Shown: positions 1-8,074 of the stretch, in pieces
Layout of the letters: every line of letters begins with the position of its first letter
Position numbering within the stretch: position 1 is the first letter of the stretch
Origin: Elusimicrobiota bacterium
Lineage (GTDB): Bacteria > CG03 > SLGR01 > JBDRKX01
Reading direction: 5' to 3'
Assembly (NCBI GenBank): GCA_043813605.1
Contig: JBDRKX010000006.1
Span: 1-14,227, forward strand
DNA: 14,227 nucleotides
Position numbers and translations under genes: made by a program
The notes under the pieces: generated by a model
Databases searched by the model: none
The model's input: the letters and a program-made list of their open reading frames with translations, nothing else
Told to the model about the DNA's origin: nothing

Positions 1-164
1 AACCCATTTATTGCAATAAAAGATGGAATTCGACGAAAAATATGCCATATTCTAGGTCGCAAAAAAGCTCGGCAATACTTACGAGTATTACCTCTCTTTT
101 TTGTTGTGTATCATACAGCATCTTTCTCGTCTCGGTTCTACATCTCTATTACAACAAATGGGTT
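1..164. repeat. 164-bp long palindromic dispersed element, copy 1 (may extend left of the window)
   Basis: Ends are imperfect inverted repeats (AACCCATTTATTGCAATAAAAGATG 1-25 / CATCTCTATTACAACAAATGGGTT 141-164). Inner stems are CAAAAAAG 60-67 / CTTTTTTG 96-103 and AATACT-TACG-AGTATT 74-89. Aligns without gaps to 10263-10426 (130/164 matches, hand count). Confidence 0.93.
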
Positions 165-182
165 AAAAGATACAACAAAATA

Positions 183-1685
183 ATGATCATTCTGCTGTTG
201 CTGGCAGGCGCATCGCTTAAGTATTCATCCGCGCATTTTGAAGACACCGGATGCGGCGCGCGCGCGGGAGGCATGGCCAATGCGTATACCGCCGAGGCAT
301 CGGGTCCTGAGACGATCTACTATAATCCTGCAGGATTGGCGCTTGACGACACTGCCAGATTCGCTTCTTCATACAGCCGGCTTTTCTGGGGGCTATCGGA
401 CGGTTCCAGCCTGGCTAACGGGTTTGCCGGTATAAGCGTACCTCTCGGGGACCGAAACGGCATAGGTGCGGCATGGAAGAACTTTCAGCTCGAGGGATAC
501 TATTCTGAAAACAGATACTATGTGAGTTTTGCCCGCAAACTGGGAAGAAAACTGACGGCAGGCACAAGCATTAAAATACTTGAAAAAAGGTACGCCAGTA
601 CTCCGTATACGGAGAACCGGGTAAACCTTGAAACATCGCAGGTCTTTTCCGGAAGGAATCCGATTTTCGGAAACGGGTATTCCAAAATGTCGTATACGCT
701 GGATGCCGGCGCGCTGTTTGACCTTGACAATCACAACAGGATAGCGGTTGCTGCAAGGAATATAACTTCTCCTGATATGGCATTGTCCCCGGTAGACATG
801 GACATTGTCCCTATAGGAATAAAAGCAGGTTACAGACTGGAGCTGTCTTCACTCAAAGCTCTGCTTGATATAGATTATTCTTCGGGTGACATAAATATTT
901 ACAGCGGGGCTGAATTGAAGATGATAAGCGGGCTGTTTACGCTTAGGGGAGGCGTGGGTATAGGCAGCCGGGAATACAGGAATATTGCCTGCGGAGTATC
1001 GATAAAACGCACTAATCTTCTGCGTTTTGATTATGCGTTCAATTCACCGATCGCAGGGATAAGCCGCACCTACGGTACGCATAAACTGGAGATGACATTC
1101 AGGATCGGAGTGCTATCCAGGCAGAGCGCTAAAACCGTAAAAGATATAAAGCCGGGAAAAGAATTATCAGCGGAGAAAACAAGACAGGAAATGAACCGGG
1201 GAATTATTGATGAGACTAAAAAACTCTTTAAAGAGGCAAGTTACGCGCTTATGAAAAAACACTATTTTACTGCCATTCTGAATTTTACCATTATTGCCGA
1301 TATGGAAGATAAGGGACTGGATGCGCTGAGGGACCTTGTTAAACGGGCCAGGTACGAACTCTCTCTCCTGGAAGGCATTAAAGAAGAATATCTGCTAAAA
1401 TATGATGAAAAAGCCAAGGAATATTTCAGGCACAAACAATATGAAGAGGCGGTCGATATCTGGCAGAAGATACTGCTCATATCAAAAGACGATGACGTGA
1501 CACGGGGCAGAATAAAATATGCAAGGGAAAAGATGATAAAAGAGTATTACATAAGGGGTATGAACTATTACCTTAAGGAAGAATATGTCCTTGCGCTCAA
1601 AGAGTTTTACAAGGTTATCGATCTGGAGAGAGACCATCCGCAGGCAAAAGAGATGATAGAGGTGATCAATAAGGAGAGGTATTGA
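183..1685 (+). CDS. PorV/PorQ-like (FadL-fold-related) outer-membrane beta-barrel protein with C-terminal TPR region
   Basis: Signal-peptide-like MIILLLLAGASLKYSSA, then the motif GARAGGMANAYTA...IYYNPAGLA. Alternating beta-strands end at RFDYAF...HKLEMTFRIG (~1110), followed by helical TPR-like repeats (YEEAVDIWQKILLI; YVLALKEFYKVIDLERDHPQA). The ORF-track start at 42 lies inside the palindromic element, so ATG 183 is preferred, but the start is uncertain because there is no clear SD. Confidence 0.8.
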   Translation: MIILLLLAGASLKYSSAHFEDTGCGARAGGMANAYTAEASGPETIYYNPAGLALDDTARFASSYSRLFWGLSDGSSLANGFAGISVPLGDRNGIGAAWKNFQLEGYYSENRYYVSFARKLGRKLTAGTSIKILEKRYASTPYTENRVNLETSQVFSGRNPIFGNGYSKMSYTLDAGALFDLDNHNRIAVAARNITSPDMALSPVDMDIVPIGIKAGYRLELSSLKALLDIDYSSGDINIYSGAELKMISGLFTLRGGVGIGSREYRNIACGVSIKRTNLLRFDYAFNSPIAGISRTYGTHKLEMTFRIGVLSRQSAKTVKDIKPGKELSAEKTRQEMNRGIIDETKKLFKEASYALMKKHYFTAILNFTIIADMEDKGLDALRDLVKRARYELSLLEGIKEEYLLKYDEKAKEYFRHKQYEEAVDIWQKILLISKDDDVTRGRIKYAREKMIKEYYIRGMNYYLKEEYVLALKEFYKVIDLERDHPQAKEMIEVINKERY

Positions 1686-2386
1686 AGATAAAAAGGATCA
1701 TCCTGATATCTCTGATCTTTATGATCGCCGGTAATGGAATAACCGGCGGGGTTGAAGTCGGGTTCAATTATTTCAAGGAAGATGTCGGCATGGTCCAGAT
1801 ATCGGGGAATTTCGGACTGGACGGCAGGATCTTATTTTTACCGATGCTGCAGGTCTCAGACTTTCAGTGGACATTGACCCTGGAGCTCGATTACGGCATC
1901 TATTATTACAGGTACTATATAGATAAGCAATATTGGCGTCTGGATGATTTTATTGAAGAGACCATAGTTATCCCGGCAGGGCCGATTCAGGGAAAGTTCA
2001 CTTTACTGAAGGTGCTTCCTGCCGATTATGAGGGATACATTAATCTCTATAAGAAATATTCAGAAAAAGGAAGACTTGATTGGGCAAAAGATTTTCTTGT
2101 AAGTGCAGTGAAACATTTCCCCCGGCACATTGAGACTTATGAGTATCTCGGTAAATTGTATGAGCAGATGGGACATTACGGTTTCGCGGCGGACGCGTAT
2201 CTGGCGGGAATAGAAAAAGCGCCTCAGAATAAGAAATTCTATTATTTGCTGGCCGTGTGCTATGAGAAACTGTATACTGAGCATGGCAAAAGCCTTTACA
2301 GGAAAAAGGCCCGGATGTACTGGGAGGAACTGCTTGAAACAGCTCCCTACAGTGAGGAGGCCGAGAAATATATGCGGATGAAATAA
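1682..2386 (+). CDS. Exported protein with AMPK-type CBM48-like (glycogen-binding/E-set) domain and TPR repeats
   Basis: TTG start overlaps the upstream TGA and has the SD AGGAGAGG (1672-1679). N-terminal signal/anchor. Segment VQISGNF...PM...WTLTLELDYGIYYYRYYIDKQYWRLD resembles CBM48/AMPK1_CBM. TPR-like ETYEYLGKLYEQMGHYGFAADAYLAGIEKAP and FYYLLAVCYEK follow. Confidence 0.72.
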   Translation: MKIKRIILISLIFMIAGNGITGGVEVGFNYFKEDVGMVQISGNFGLDGRILFLPMLQVSDFQWTLTLELDYGIYYYRYYIDKQYWRLDDFIEETIVIPAGPIQGKFTLLKVLPADYEGYINLYKKYSEKGRLDWAKDFLVSAVKHFPRHIETYEYLGKLYEQMGHYGFAADAYLAGIEKAPQNKKFYYLLAVCYEKLYTEHGKSLYRKKARMYWEELLETAPYSEEAEKYMRMK

Positions 2387-2397
2387 TTAAGGAGGCG

Positions 2398-2850
2398 ATG
2401 AATATGACTAGTGAAAAAAAAGCTGCTAAGGGTAAAAGGATAAGGCGCAGGAGATTCCTTACAAAAAAGGTGCAGGTGAAGTATGCAGTAATGATAAGTG
2501 CGGTTATGATCCTTATGACAGGCATATCCCAGTTTTATACGTACAGGACGCTGCAGACCCTGCTTCCTCAGATATTATCTACAGAAATAGGCAGCAAGAT
2601 CAGTTCTTTGCAGATGAATCTGCTTATTATAAGCATTGTCTATACTGTAATAATGACTATTGTTTCGATATATATTACACATCGTATGGCAGGGCCTGTT
2701 TATAGAATAGAAGAGGATGTACGTAATATGTCGGAAAATCCAAGTATGGCTTTCAGGTTCAACCTGAGGACAAGTGATGAGTTTCAGGAGCTTGCTGATG
2801 CGCTTAATTCCATGATGCAGAAACTGGAGGCAAATTATACTGAAAAATAA
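2398..2850 (+). CDS. Small 2-TM membrane protein with C-terminal HAMP domain, no output domain
   Basis: SD AAGGAGG immediately upstream. Basic N-terminus, two hydrophobic helices, then a HAMP signature (THRMAGPVYRIEEDVRNM...LRTSDEFQELADALNSMMQKL) that runs to the stop. Confidence 0.85.
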   Translation: MNMTSEKKAAKGKRIRRRRFLTKKVQVKYAVMISAVMILMTGISQFYTYRTLQTLLPQILSTEIGSKISSLQMNLLIISIVYTVIMTIVSIYITHRMAGPVYRIEEDVRNMSENPSMAFRFNLRTSDEFQELADALNSMMQKLEANYTEK

Positions 2851-2996
2851 GGTTATTAGATAAAACCCGCTGTTCTCAAATTTATGGGGATATAATATTT
2901 TACAGAGTTTTTACATATAATTCATTAGTTTTTTATATTAGAATAGTATAGTAATAGTAGAAAACGGCATATAAAAGGTATATTAGGAGTAATATT

Positions 2997-3389
2997 ATGA
3001 AGAAATATCTTATATTTATGATTGTAATCGCGCTTTTTTGCAGTCCCGGTCTTTATGCAGTAGGGGATGAACATGCGGGTTCCGGGGAAAATCTTCCGGA
3101 GATGCCTGAACAGCATCAGTTTCACAACGTGAGTGATGCCGGCGTTACGCAGGATATCCTTGCCCCTGAGAACGAGGATGCTGCGCTTGCTGAAAGTGCA
3201 AACCAATTCAGCCAGGACGATCTGGCTATTGCAGAAGCGTTGAACTGGCATTACGAGCAGAAACTGGCGGAGATGCTCGAAGCAGATGCTAAACAGGCAA
3301 AAGCAAAGAAACAGGCGGAGGCCAGTAAAAGAGCGAGAGAAGCACAGAAAGAAGCACAGCAGTCACAGAGCAGCAGCAGCGAAGATTAA
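2997..3389 (+). CDS. Small secreted hypothetical protein with acidic middle and low-complexity A/K/Q/S coiled-coil tail
   Basis: SD AGGAG at 2985-2989. Signal peptide MKKYLIFMIVIALFCSPGLYA. Flanked by an AT-rich intergenic region upstream and a terminator downstream. Confidence 0.8.
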   Translation: MKKYLIFMIVIALFCSPGLYAVGDEHAGSGENLPEMPEQHQFHNVSDAGVTQDILAPENEDAALAESANQFSQDDLAIAEALNWHYEQKLAEMLEADAKQAKAKKQAEASKRAREAQKEAQQSQSSSSED

Positions 3390-3417
3390 ACTGAAAACAA
3401 TATAAATTAAATATTTT

Positions 3418-3455
3418 AAAAAAATAACCAGCTTATAAGGCTGGTTATTTTTTTT
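3418..3455 (+). terminator. Intrinsic (probably bidirectional) terminator
   Basis: AAAAAAATAACCAGC-TTATAAG-GCTGGTTATTTTTTTT: a perfect 15-bp inverted repeat with A- and T-tracts, starting 28 bp after the stop at 3389. Confidence 0.88.
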
Positions 3456-3486
3456 ATACTCCAGCCATAACGTTCTTAATATTCTG

Positions 3487-3537
3487 TTTACCTTTATTAC
3501 AGCTTTTTTGTATAATCTACATTTAGTTAATTATAAT
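3487..3537 (+). promoter_or_regulatory. Putative tandem sigma70-type promoters for the 3562-10253 gene run
   Basis: Two perfect TATAAT boxes (3511-3516 and 3532-3537). TTTACC (3487-3492) and TTGTAT (3508-3513) each sit 18 bp upstream of one box. Located just after the terminator. The AT-rich context lowers specificity. Confidence 0.5.
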
Positions 3538-3561
3538 AATTTACATGAGAAAAATAATTGC

Positions 3562-6500
3562 ATGAGAAATCTTATAAAAAAATATGTATTGATAACAGCT
3601 GTTTTAGCTGCCGCTCTGGCTATCTCCAATAAAGCTCATTGTAAGATAATCGATGATTTTGAGAAGTTAAATAACTGGAAATCAGAGAATCCTGAAGTAA
3701 AACTGAAGATGACAAGGGGTATAAAAGGATTCGGAACCTTTATAAATTATAAACCGGGTGATTCTCAGCAGACAGTAATGTTTTTCCGGGAGATAATTTT
3801 TTTGGATATACCGGATGATTACAGAATAGGTATCAGCGCAAAAGGAGATAGCCTGAATTGTGACATAGGGATAGAACTGATCGATTTAAATGAGAACAGC
3901 ATCCTGTTCGAATGGCAGGATATCACACTTGATAGTGAATGGAAGGATCTCAGGCTGCTAAAAAAAAATGCGCGTTATTCCGGGAAAATAACGGACAAAC
4001 CGCCTGCAGAAATTAAAAAAATTAAACTATATATAACCGCGGAGCCCGGTGCAGGAAGCAGGATATATCTTGATGAATTAATTATTGAACCTGTTATGCC
4101 GGGAAAAATAAAGGGCGATACGCTTATTACTTCGTCATCAAGTACAGGGGATGAGTATTCCCCTGATAACGCTTTTGACGGAGACATGAAGACGAAATGG
4201 CTGAGCCGGACTTCACAAACAGAATGGATAAGTATTGATATGGGCGTTGATAAACAGCTTCTGGGGCTGATCATATACCGGCAGGATGAAGGAAAGACGG
4301 CATATAATATAGAAGTTTCTACTGATAATGTCCTCTGGAATAATATATGTTCGGTCAGGGAATCCGTCAGCAGTTTCATTGATATCAATTTCATAGCGGA
4401 TCCGGTAAGGTATTTGCGGATAGTATGCCTGGATACAGGTGAAGCAAAGAAACATGAAATAGATGAGATAGTATTCAAGACACCCGGCCTGCCTTACGGT
4501 AAGTATATGAAAGATCCGGATATCTTCTTTAAGAACAGGTGGGACCTTGTTGAAGTACCTGAAAAAGTGGTATATATACCGAAATCATGGGAAGGTTCCA
4601 ATATGATTATGTGCATGGGCAGACCGCCGGAGGAGTTCTCCGTATCGCTCAATGACAGGCCGCTTGCTAAAATAGGCACGATTACAAGAAAGCCTGTAGT
4701 GCTTCATATAAAAAAACTCGTAGAATGCGGCGAATGTAACATTTTCAGGATCTCTACTCATACTATCAGCGGAAACGATACAGATATTGATATAATGTTT
4801 TTCGCCAAAGACAGGAATTCTATTGAAGAGTACCTGGACAAACTGAAAAGCGACTCGGCAGAATCATATTACGAATTCATTGAGGATCTCTACCCTGAAG
4901 GTATAATGGTTCCCCGGATGACCGGGGATAAAGATTTTTTTGCACATATGGGAAACAGCAGCAGTCCGGCGGGAGCAGTTATTACAGAAAATGGAACCGT
5001 GGCTCCGGCGGGAACAGGTTATTTCATAATACCTTATATTTATATGTCCGGCCGCCTGCTGAACTATTCGGATTTTGAAAGGGCAAAATCCCTGACGAAC
5101 GGTTATATCCCCATACCTGTGGTTATATGGTTAAAGGACGGTATGCGGTTTGAAGAAAGGCTGTTCTATGCAGGTAGTGGGAAGAAAGCTGCCAACTATC
5201 TCTGGGTAAAGCTGGCAAATACGTCGGAAAAAGATATCTCCGGAAGTTTTTACCTGGCTTTCAGACCCGCTTATATCTCTGCCGAGCTTCGGGATGCTGG
5301 AAAAGGTCCTGTAAGTTCGATAGAATATACTGAGGACACTTCTCTTGTTATCATTAATTCCCGGACGGCTGTCGGCGCTCTGGTATCTCCTTCGGCATTC
5401 GGCGCAAATGCTTTTGATGATGGTGATATAGTCGAAACGCTGAATATGGGAAAAATACCGGAGAAAATGGAGATCAACGACGAAAAGGGATTTGCTTCCG
5501 CCGTACTCGCGTATGATTTTAACCTGCCTCCGCAGAGCGGATCAGAGTACATTTTTGTAATTCCGGAAAAATATCTTCCGGGTGGAAACAGACCGCCGGA
5601 TATAGGTAAAACAAATGAAATATACACGAATTTAAAAAATGACTGGAAAACCGGGCTCAACAGGATATCTATCAGGATACCTGAAAAAAAATTACCGGAC
5701 CTTTTCCGTTCAAACCTTGCACAGACAATTATTGACATGGAAAAATCACTCTTTATATCACGGCAAGAGAACGGTGCTTTGCCGTTAAATCCGGTTGTGG
5801 GTACGGGATTACTTTATTCGCTTTTGGCGGCTGGTTACCCGGAAGTATGCCGTGAATATCTGGAAACTATAGTCGGGGACGGACTGAAAAACGATAATAC
5901 TGATGAAGCTCATTATGGCGCCGGGAAAAGGAGCGTGCCTGATGAAGCGGCATTAGTATATTCTATTTTTAAGTATTATGAATTTACCGGTGACAGAAAA
6001 TTTGCCGGAAAGATGATGCCGCATGCATTGAAAAGTCTGCGCTATATAGAAGAGCATAAAAGAAAAGAGGCTGGCGGGCTAAGTCCCGAAAAACGAGATA
6101 CGCTTGAAATAAAAAATAAATTATGGAGACTGACCGCGTGGAAGGCGGGAGCGCGCCTGGCTGAAACGGCCGGAGCGGCTGCTGAAGTAATAACATGGAT
6201 TAATGATAATAAGATACGTCTTTTAAGGGATATCGAGGAGATACTGGTCAATCGTCAATCGGATCCTGAGGCCGCTCTCCTGGCTGTGTTTCCTGCTGAG
6301 GAATACGCTAATATTAAAAGTGACCTGGTGAAAAAGAGTCTATACAGATATAATAAAAAAGAGCAGGATACTGCTGGAACGGACAGCAGGGAAAATCTGT
6401 ATGATCATACCGATTTCAGATTACCGGTTGCGTATCTATTGTCAGGAAATAAAGAGGAAGCGCATAATATGTTCAACCTGCTTACGGATGATATGGTTCC

Positions 6501-6915
6501 TGCCGGATGGAATAGATGGGACCCGACACAAGGAGAGCCGGCGGCGGATCCTCTTGTATCAGCTATGATAGTCAGGTTTATCCGCAGTATTTTCGTATAT
6601 GAACAAAAATATTCAATTGTACTCGGTGCGGGTATCAAAGATGACTGGATCAATGCCGACACAGAAATATCTGTAGAGGATATGCCGGCCTGTTTCGGGA
6701 AAGTCAGTTATAGATTGAGCCGGCAAGGTGAGATGCTTACGATATCTGTTACCGGAGACGCAGCGCCGCCGGAAGGATTCGCTTTTAAGCTGCCGTTGAC
6801 AGAAAAGGTTATTGCAGTTAGTATTAATAAATTAAAAACTCATTATACCGGAGACAGTACCGTGTATTTCAGGGAACTCCCGGTCGATATAGAAATAGAA
6901 TTCGGGACCGAATGA
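3562..6915 (+). CDS. Large secreted multidomain protein: N-terminal galactose-binding-like/CBM domain, F5/8 type C (discoidin/CBM32) domain, C-terminal (alpha/alpha)6 glycosidase-like region
   Basis: ATG 3562 gives a signal peptide MRNLIKKYVLITAVLAAALAISNKAHC (the ORF-track TTG 3508 overlaps the promoter). IIDDFEK...W...RIYLDEL is CBM-like. Discoidin motif SSS...SPDNAFDGDMKTKWLS...EWISIDMG...YNIEVSTD...W...VRYLRI (~4126-4480). Also YYEFTGDRKF and a glycosidase-type C-terminal beta domain (LGAGIKDDW...MPACFGKVSY). Confidence 0.78.
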   Translation: MRNLIKKYVLITAVLAAALAISNKAHCKIIDDFEKLNNWKSENPEVKLKMTRGIKGFGTFINYKPGDSQQTVMFFREIIFLDIPDDYRIGISAKGDSLNCDIGIELIDLNENSILFEWQDITLDSEWKDLRLLKKNARYSGKITDKPPAEIKKIKLYITAEPGAGSRIYLDELIIEPVMPGKIKGDTLITSSSSTGDEYSPDNAFDGDMKTKWLSRTSQTEWISIDMGVDKQLLGLIIYRQDEGKTAYNIEVSTDNVLWNNICSVRESVSSFIDINFIADPVRYLRIVCLDTGEAKKHEIDEIVFKTPGLPYGKYMKDPDIFFKNRWDLVEVPEKVVYIPKSWEGSNMIMCMGRPPEEFSVSLNDRPLAKIGTITRKPVVLHIKKLVECGECNIFRISTHTISGNDTDIDIMFFAKDRNSIEEYLDKLKSDSAESYYEFIEDLYPEGIMVPRMTGDKDFFAHMGNSSSPAGAVITENGTVAPAGTGYFIIPYIYMSGRLLNYSDFERAKSLTNGYIPIPVVIWLKDGMRFEERLFYAGSGKKAANYLWVKLANTSEKDISGSFYLAFRPAYISAELRDAGKGPVSSIEYTEDTSLVIINSRTAVGALVSPSAFGANAFDDGDIVETLNMGKIPEKMEINDEKGFASAVLAYDFNLPPQSGSEYIFVIPEKYLPGGNRPPDIGKTNEIYTNLKNDWKTGLNRISIRIPEKKLPDLFRSNLAQTIIDMEKSLFISRQENGALPLNPVVGTGLLYSLLAAGYPEVCREYLETIVGDGLKNDNTDEAHYGAGKRSVPDEAALVYSIFKYYEFTGDRKFAGKMMPHALKSLRYIEEHKRKEAGGLSPEKRDTLEIKNKLWRLTAWKAGARLAETAGAAAEVITWINDNKIRLLRDIEEILVNRQSDPEAALLAVFPAEEYANIKSDLVKKSLYRYNKKEQDTAGTDSRENLYDHTDFRLPVAYLLSGNKEEAHNMFNLLTDDMVPAGWNRWDPTQGEPAADPLVSAMIVRFIRSIFVYEQKYSIVLGAGIKDDWINADTEISVEDMPACFGKVSYRLSRQGEMLTISVTGDAAPPEGFAFKLPLTEKVIAVSINKLKTHYTGDSTVYFRELPVDIEIEFGTE

Positions 6916-6938
6916 TACTTTTGCCGCCTATAGCTATA

Positions 6939-6978
6939 AGGGATAGGCTGTAGAGGAGGGATAGGCTGTAGAGGAGGG
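6939..6978 (+). repeat. 18-bp perfect tandem duplication containing the mscS Shine-Dalgarno
   Basis: AGGGATAGGCTGTAGAGG at 6939-6956 and 6957-6974, plus a partial AGGG at 6975-6978. Confidence 0.9.
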
Positions 6979-6986
6979 TATATAGA

Positions 6987-8036
6987 ATGATCAATGATAT
7001 TTTAGGGCAGGAATTTCTGGGTAATACTATTCAGAACTATGCTGTTTGTCTGGGAGTATTCCTATTGTCAGTTATAGCGGCGGTTATATTCGAGAGTATG
7101 GTACTTAAACGGATGAGATTATTGGCGGAAAAGACAAAAACAACGGTAGATGATTATATCCTGAATTCCGTTAAAAAACAGCTGATGCCGTTTTTCTATA
7201 TCATTATACTTTATCTGTGCGCCCGGCCGCTGATACATAACGAATCACTTCACAGGGCTGTCCGTGTTACCGGCCTTATCGTTCTAACAGGTTTCGGTGT
7301 GCGTTTCATACTCTCCATAATAATATTCAGTTTGAAAGCATACTGGTTATCAAAAGAGAAGGATGAATCCAAGACCGAAGCGATCAACGGTATAGTAGTA
7401 GTTGTTAAATTTGCCGTGTGGAGTCTTGCGGTTATTGTCCTCATGGATAACCTGGGAATAGAGATAACGACCCTTATAGCCGGACTTGGAATAGGAGGTG
7501 TTGCAATAGCCCTTGCTGCGCAGGTTCTTCTGGGAGACCTTTTCAGCTATTTTTCGATTTTTTTCGATAAGCCCTTTGAGATAGGGGATTTTATAATAAT
7601 AGATAATTATATGGGAGTCGTGGAGCATATAGGTATCAAGACATCCAGGATAAGGAGTCTGAGCGGTGAACAGCTGATCTTTTCAAATACAGATCTTACT
7701 AATTCAAGGGTCAGGAACTATAAAAGAATGGGAAAACGGCGGGTGGCATTCAATATAGGCGTTACATATCAGACCGGTACGGAACACCTGCAGGATATTC
7801 CTGTTATAATAAAAGATATCATAAGGAACATTCAGGATACGGAGTTTGACCGCGCTCATTTCTTCTCATACGGTGATTTCAGCCTGGTTTTCGAAATAGT
7901 CTATTATGTCATGGGAAGCGATTATAATAAATACATGGATATTCAGCAGGAGATAAACCTCGCTGTAAAAAGAGAATTTGAAAAACGCAGAATAGAATTC
8001 GCTTATCCTACTCAGACACTTTTTATTGATAAATGA
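6987..8036 (+). CDS. mscS: Small-conductance mechanosensitive channel (MscS family)
   Basis: Several TM helices followed by LIAGLGIGGVAIALAAQ...FDKPFEIGDFI...GVVEHIGIKTSRIRSLSGEQLIFSN...VRNY, and a C-terminal IEFAYPTQTL. SD GAGGAGG. Confidence 0.95.
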   Translation: MINDILGQEFLGNTIQNYAVCLGVFLLSVIAAVIFESMVLKRMRLLAEKTKTTVDDYILNSVKKQLMPFFYIIILYLCARPLIHNESLHRAVRVTGLIVLTGFGVRFILSIIIFSLKAYWLSKEKDESKTEAINGIVVVVKFAVWSLAVIVLMDNLGIEITTLIAGLGIGGVAIALAAQVLLGDLFSYFSIFFDKPFEIGDFIIIDNYMGVVEHIGIKTSRIRSLSGEQLIFSNTDLTNSRVRNYKRMGKRRVAFNIGVTYQTGTEHLQDIPVIIKDIIRNIQDTEFDRAHFFSYGDFSLVFEIVYYVMGSDYNKYMDIQQEINLAVKREFEKRRIEFAYPTQTLFIDK

Positions 8037-8074
8037 GTTCTCGCTGTCATAGGACCGGAAGAGTTCTCATATGA

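Noticed and set aside
1..164. Integron attC site (copy 1 begins AAC and ends GTT, with a bulged base)
   Set aside because: Copy 2 has ATC...GAT instead, the right end is GTTAAAA rather than GTTRRRY, and there is no unpaired spacer between R and L boxes. No integrase is present, and the 10 kb between the copies holds housekeeping genes rather than cassettes.
42..182. ORF-track N-terminal extension of the first CDS
   Set aside because: It is mostly a translation of the palindromic element and has no SD. It is kept only as the in-frame hypothesis under findings.
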